Below are positions 60,896 to 64,000 of a DNA stretch of 64,000 nucleotides, one piece after another (position 1 is the stretch's first letter; each line of letters opens with the position of its first letter). The notes beneath the pieces are model-generated. The model saw only the letters and a list, made by a program, of their open reading frames with translations. It was not told where the DNA came from and ran no database searches. The position numbers and the translations under genes were made by a program. Source of the stretch: a virus; the IMG/VR virus record IMGVR_UViG_3300020156_000022, positions 1 through 64,000 of that record, one strand, 5' to 3'.

Positions 60896-63484
60896 CTAGA
60901 ACGCAATATCTGCCGTCAGCCTTTGGAATTGCTCAGGAGTCATGCCAGAAAATTCATACTGCACTATGGCCCCTCCTAAAGCCATAGAAATTATGTTTCT
61001 ATGCTTCTCAGCATCTAGCTTAGTATCAGTCTGTGGCATCAACAATTCCCCCTCCGGAGTCTGGAGAAGAACATTCCTGGAGCCGCCTGAGAGCTTGTCT
61101 AGCAATTTATTGAAATTAACCCACTGTTCTTCTGTAGGCATGTGATCAATAATTACAACAACTCTTTCAGCTTGCTGCTTAGGACCGCAACCCTCAGGGT
61201 CTTCTAGATAAGCTTTTTCTTTTAGCTTCTTATCAATTTCTGCTGTAGAAGTGAACTTCTCTGCCTCAGATCCAAGTGTAGGTAAGTATATATTCCTAGG
61301 AGTATGGGCTACAGTCTCATCTACTTCTTCAGGAGTTGGAGGTTCCATTACAGTACCTTCAGAGATTCTGTTTGCTGGTTCATCTTCAAGTGTAGGTAAG
61401 TATATATCTCCTGGAGTAAGTACAGGACCATCTTCTACTTGGATAGCTCCATCTTCAAGAAGCTTAATCTCCTTAACTGATCCCCAACGCTTTCCTACAT
61501 GCCAATCAGCTTTCATCATAGGCCACCCCGGTACTGGAAAGATTACCGCAGGTTGAAGAACACGAATAACGTCAGCTGGATTAAGGCTGCGATGCACATA
61601 AAACTCCAGTGCATCGTGGACATTCATGAACAGCCTTACTTTATCTTTCCAACCCATTTTACGAATAGCCTTACGAGCACGAACCATTCCAATTCTGACG
61701 TAATCACCAGTAGCTCCACCTTGTACAGGATAGTTGAAGCAAGCTCTTTCTCCGCCTTCACGAATCCAACGGCGAGAATCGGTAAGTTCCCAAATAGGAA
61801 TCATACGACCAAATTTGGTAACTACATGTCCGTGCTGATAGCCGAATTCAACCTGCTTTTCGGTAAATCGCTTAAGCTTAGGAAAAGCAGCAAAATATTG
61901 ATTGAACAGATCTTCTGCCTCTTCTCTGGAGACATTAAGTCTTTTACCCAAAGCAATAGGAGTCATACCGAACAAAAGGCCGAAACCAATAGTCTTAGCC
62001 TTGGATCGATATTCTTTTGTTACTTGATCTTTAGATAGCTTGAACATCATCATAGCTACCTTGGTGTGAACATCCTCATCGTTTTCGAATGCTTCGATGA
62101 GTGCTGTCTCATTTGCCAATCCTGCGGCTGCTCGATATTCAGCCTGAGACAGGTCAAATCCTAGAATATAGTAATCATCAGGTGCGATTACCGCGTCACG
62201 GAAATTCAATTTATAGCTGGTGCCGTCTGCCAACTTGTAGTAATAACTCAGCGGAGTCTTACCATCATCATCTTTCAGGTTTACTGATGGCTGATTTTGC
62301 TGGTTAGGATTAGCGGAACTGAATCGAGCAGTGCGCACATAACTTTGGTTCAATGAAGGATGCACCATACCATCCGGAGCATATCCGTAATCCTTGGCAT
62401 ATTTATCCAAGAAAGATGTAGTCAGTCGCTTCATGTTCTTATAGTTGGAAATCTTCTTAACTACAGGATTCTTTTCTGCCAAAATATCCAGAGCCATCTT
62501 CCCAGTAGACATTTTTTTGTCTTCCTTGGCGGCACCCTTAGTACTTGTGGTATAGACATTTACCGTCAGACCCAGACGCTCGAACAGGATCTCAGATAGC
62601 TGTTTAGGGCTCCCCAGATTAATGTTGAGCTTAGTTCCTGGCATGCCTAGTAGTTCGGCTAGCTCAGACTGAATTTCGTCATTTAATTTGGCTGTAAACT
62701 CCTTGGCTCGATCAGACGCCTCCTGCATGAAAAACCAGTCATAGCGGATGCCGCAGTCCTCCATATCACAAATGACATAGACAACTTCCATATCCACTTT
62801 ATAAACTAGTTGATCTTTCACTTTAGGGTACTGATCAAGATGTAAAGCTAAACACCATAGGGCGTCTTCACATGCATACGTTACTACCTTTGAACTGAGA
62901 TCTAGTACATTAAATCGAAAAGCCTTTTTCTTCTTCTCAGTAAGGTGCTCGAACAGTTCTTCGAACTTAATCATCTTGTGTCCGAATTTGTTCAGTACCA
63001 GATCCTTTAGACCAAAATCCTGAAACTCTCGGGTGATATAAGCTTCTACCTGAGTATCTGACCTGGCAGGAAAATACCCGCTAGATTCTCGAACGTCTTT
63101 TCCAAAAATAGGATGATCTGATAATATCTCACGAAAAAACCGTGCCATGCGTCTAAGTTCGAAACCTAAATTGTGCGCAACGATCAATCCTGATTGGAAT
63201 GACTTCCAGAGAATTTCTGCGATAGCTAGATGATCAGTAAGATTTTCAGCAAAGTCATGAGCCATAGGAACATACCTTGCCCAATTAAGAGAATTGGTAA
63301 AACTGAAACCTACTAACAGATTTGTTTCTAGCTTTAGTGATCCTCGATCATCATCTTCTCCATGATACCCTGTTTCAATATCAAAGCCGATAGGCAGACC
63401 CTTATCGATCATGCCTGCCCAGAATTTTTCTAATTCCTCTACAGATCTTACAATGTCGTAGTTTTTAGTTACTACAGTTGACAT
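60896..63484 (-). CDS. polA: family A DNA polymerase with 3'-5' exonuclease and C-terminal extension
   Basis: FDIET, AHN, YACEDA; RFSSANPNQQN, DLSQAEYR, RSKAKTIGFGLLFG, NYPVQG, VHDAL. Confidence 0.95.
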   Translation of the reverse strand: MSTVVTKNYDIVRSVEELEKFWAGMIDKGLPIGFDIETGYHGEDDDRGSLKLETNLLVGFSFTNSLNWARYVPMAHDFAENLTDHLAIAEILWKSFQSGLIVAHNLGFELRRMARFFREILSDHPIFGKDVRESSGYFPARSDTQVEAYITREFQDFGLKDLVLNKFGHKMIKFEELFEHLTEKKKKAFRFNVLDLSSKVVTYACEDALWCLALHLDQYPKVKDQLVYKVDMEVVYVICDMEDCGIRYDWFFMQEASDRAKEFTAKLNDEIQSELAELLGMPGTKLNINLGSPKQLSEILFERLGLTVNVYTTSTKGAAKEDKKMSTGKMALDILAEKNPVVKKISNYKNMKRLTTSFLDKYAKDYGYAPDGMVHPSLNQSYVRTARFSSANPNQQNQPSVNLKDDDGKTPLSYYYKLADGTSYKLNFRDAVIAPDDYYILGFDLSQAEYRAAAGLANETALIEAFENDEDVHTKVAMMMFKLSKDQVTKEYRSKAKTIGFGLLFGMTPIALGKRLNVSREEAEDLFNQYFAAFPKLKRFTEKQVEFGYQHGHVVTKFGRMIPIWELTDSRRWIREGGERACFNYPVQGGATGDYVRIGMVRARKAIRKMGWKDKVRLFMNVHDALEFYVHRSLNPADVIRVLQPAVIFPVPGWPMMKADWHVGKRWGSVKEIKLLEDGAIQVEDGPVLTPGDIYLPTLEDEPANRISEGTVMEPPTPEEVDETVAHTPRNIYLPTLGSEAEKFTSTAEIDKKLKEKAYLEDPEGCGPKQQAERVVVIIDHMPTEEQWVNFNKLLDKLSGGSRNVLLQTPEGELLMPQTDTKLDAEKHRNIISMALGGAIVQYEFSGMTPEQFQRLTADIAF
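61270..61407. repeat. two further copies of the 15.3-16.1 kb repeat inside the polymerase ORF
   Basis: 61270-61299 identical over 30 nt to 15535-15564; 61388-61407 matches 20 nt of the core. Confidence 0.95.
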
Positions 63485-63514
63485 ATATTCTCCTAGTGTT
63501 GATTACAGGGAACA

Positions 63515-63943
63515 CTATATCCCATATGATTTTTCATCTTCTTTAGATTTTTTCGTATGGCAAGTACTACAAAGCATCTGTAAATTATCTGGGTGGTGCT
63601 TGCAACTAAAACGAGACTTATCTCCGCGACGAGGAATAATATGATCGCAGGTCATCTCGTCTCCACGTAGTCTTACTATGTTCTCACACAGGCCACAGTC
63701 AGCGCAATGGCTATGGCGAGGTTCACCATGACTACGTATACAGTTACATTTGCGCCTAGATAACTTAACAGCTAACTGTCTAGCTAAAAAATAACGGTGG
63801 TGCAGACGCCATGCCTCAAGACATGATCCACTGCACCACCTTTTTTGTTCAGGTTTAAGCTGTCCAGAACACCAGCGACAATCACTATCCTTGCCAGACC
63901 AGCTAGATAGCGTACAATGAAGAGGATTTACTGTCATAGGCAA
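63515..63943 (-). CDS. HNH endonuclease
   Basis: CRWC, CADC, DHIIPRRG...NLQMLCSTCHTKKS. Confidence 0.88.
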   Translation of the reverse strand: MPMTVNPLHCTLSSWSGKDSDCRWCSGQLKPEQKRWCSGSCLEAWRLHHRYFLARQLAVKLSRRKCNCIRSHGEPRHSHCADCGLCENIVRLRGDEMTCDHIIPRRGDKSRFSCKHHPDNLQMLCSTCHTKKSKEDEKSYGI

Positions 63944-64000
63944 TCACAATAGAGCGAAAAGCCCAGCCGAAACCCACAAGGCTAATTTGTGTAATGATTG

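Noticed and set aside
232-62599. Plus-strand ORFs in the track (e.g. 5540-5998, 7251-7763, 11050-11661, 61499-62038)
   Set aside because: They are antisense shadows of well-supported minus-strand genes or tRNAs, with no recognisable motifs; all promoters I found point the other way.

Overview
A 64 kb slice of a large, fairly AT-rich dsDNA bacteriophage genome, most likely infecting a filamentous actinomycete (it carries Lsr2 and a DUF397 protein). Essentially every gene is on the minus strand, and more than 25 near-consensus TTGACA-N17-TAnnnT promoters drive them. The left ~13 kb is a promoter-dense region of small genes and structured non-coding stretches. The rest carries replication, recombination and nucleotide-metabolism genes: family A DNA polymerase, beta-clamp, RecA, SSB, Endo VII, Mre11/SbcD, a Rad50/SbcC split into two distant genes, ThyA, Dcd and a dNMP kinase. 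It also has a tail-fibre pair, about 22 canonical tRNAs and many aberrant tRNA-like RNAs. The standout is a Ro60/TROVE gene preceded by a single predicted transcript containing six Y-RNA-like elements. These share a covarying Ro-binding stem but carry different distal domains, and they alternate with tRNA-like spacers that lack normal anticodons. Other highlights: a 25-30 bp repeat found at small-gene junctions and inside the polymerase ORF; an HNH cassette that replaced the 3' end of the Rad50 C-terminal gene with a recoded copy; a nucleotidyltransferase followed by four paralogues; and several candidate new ncRNAs. All calls come from reading motifs and folding by hand; no searches were run.
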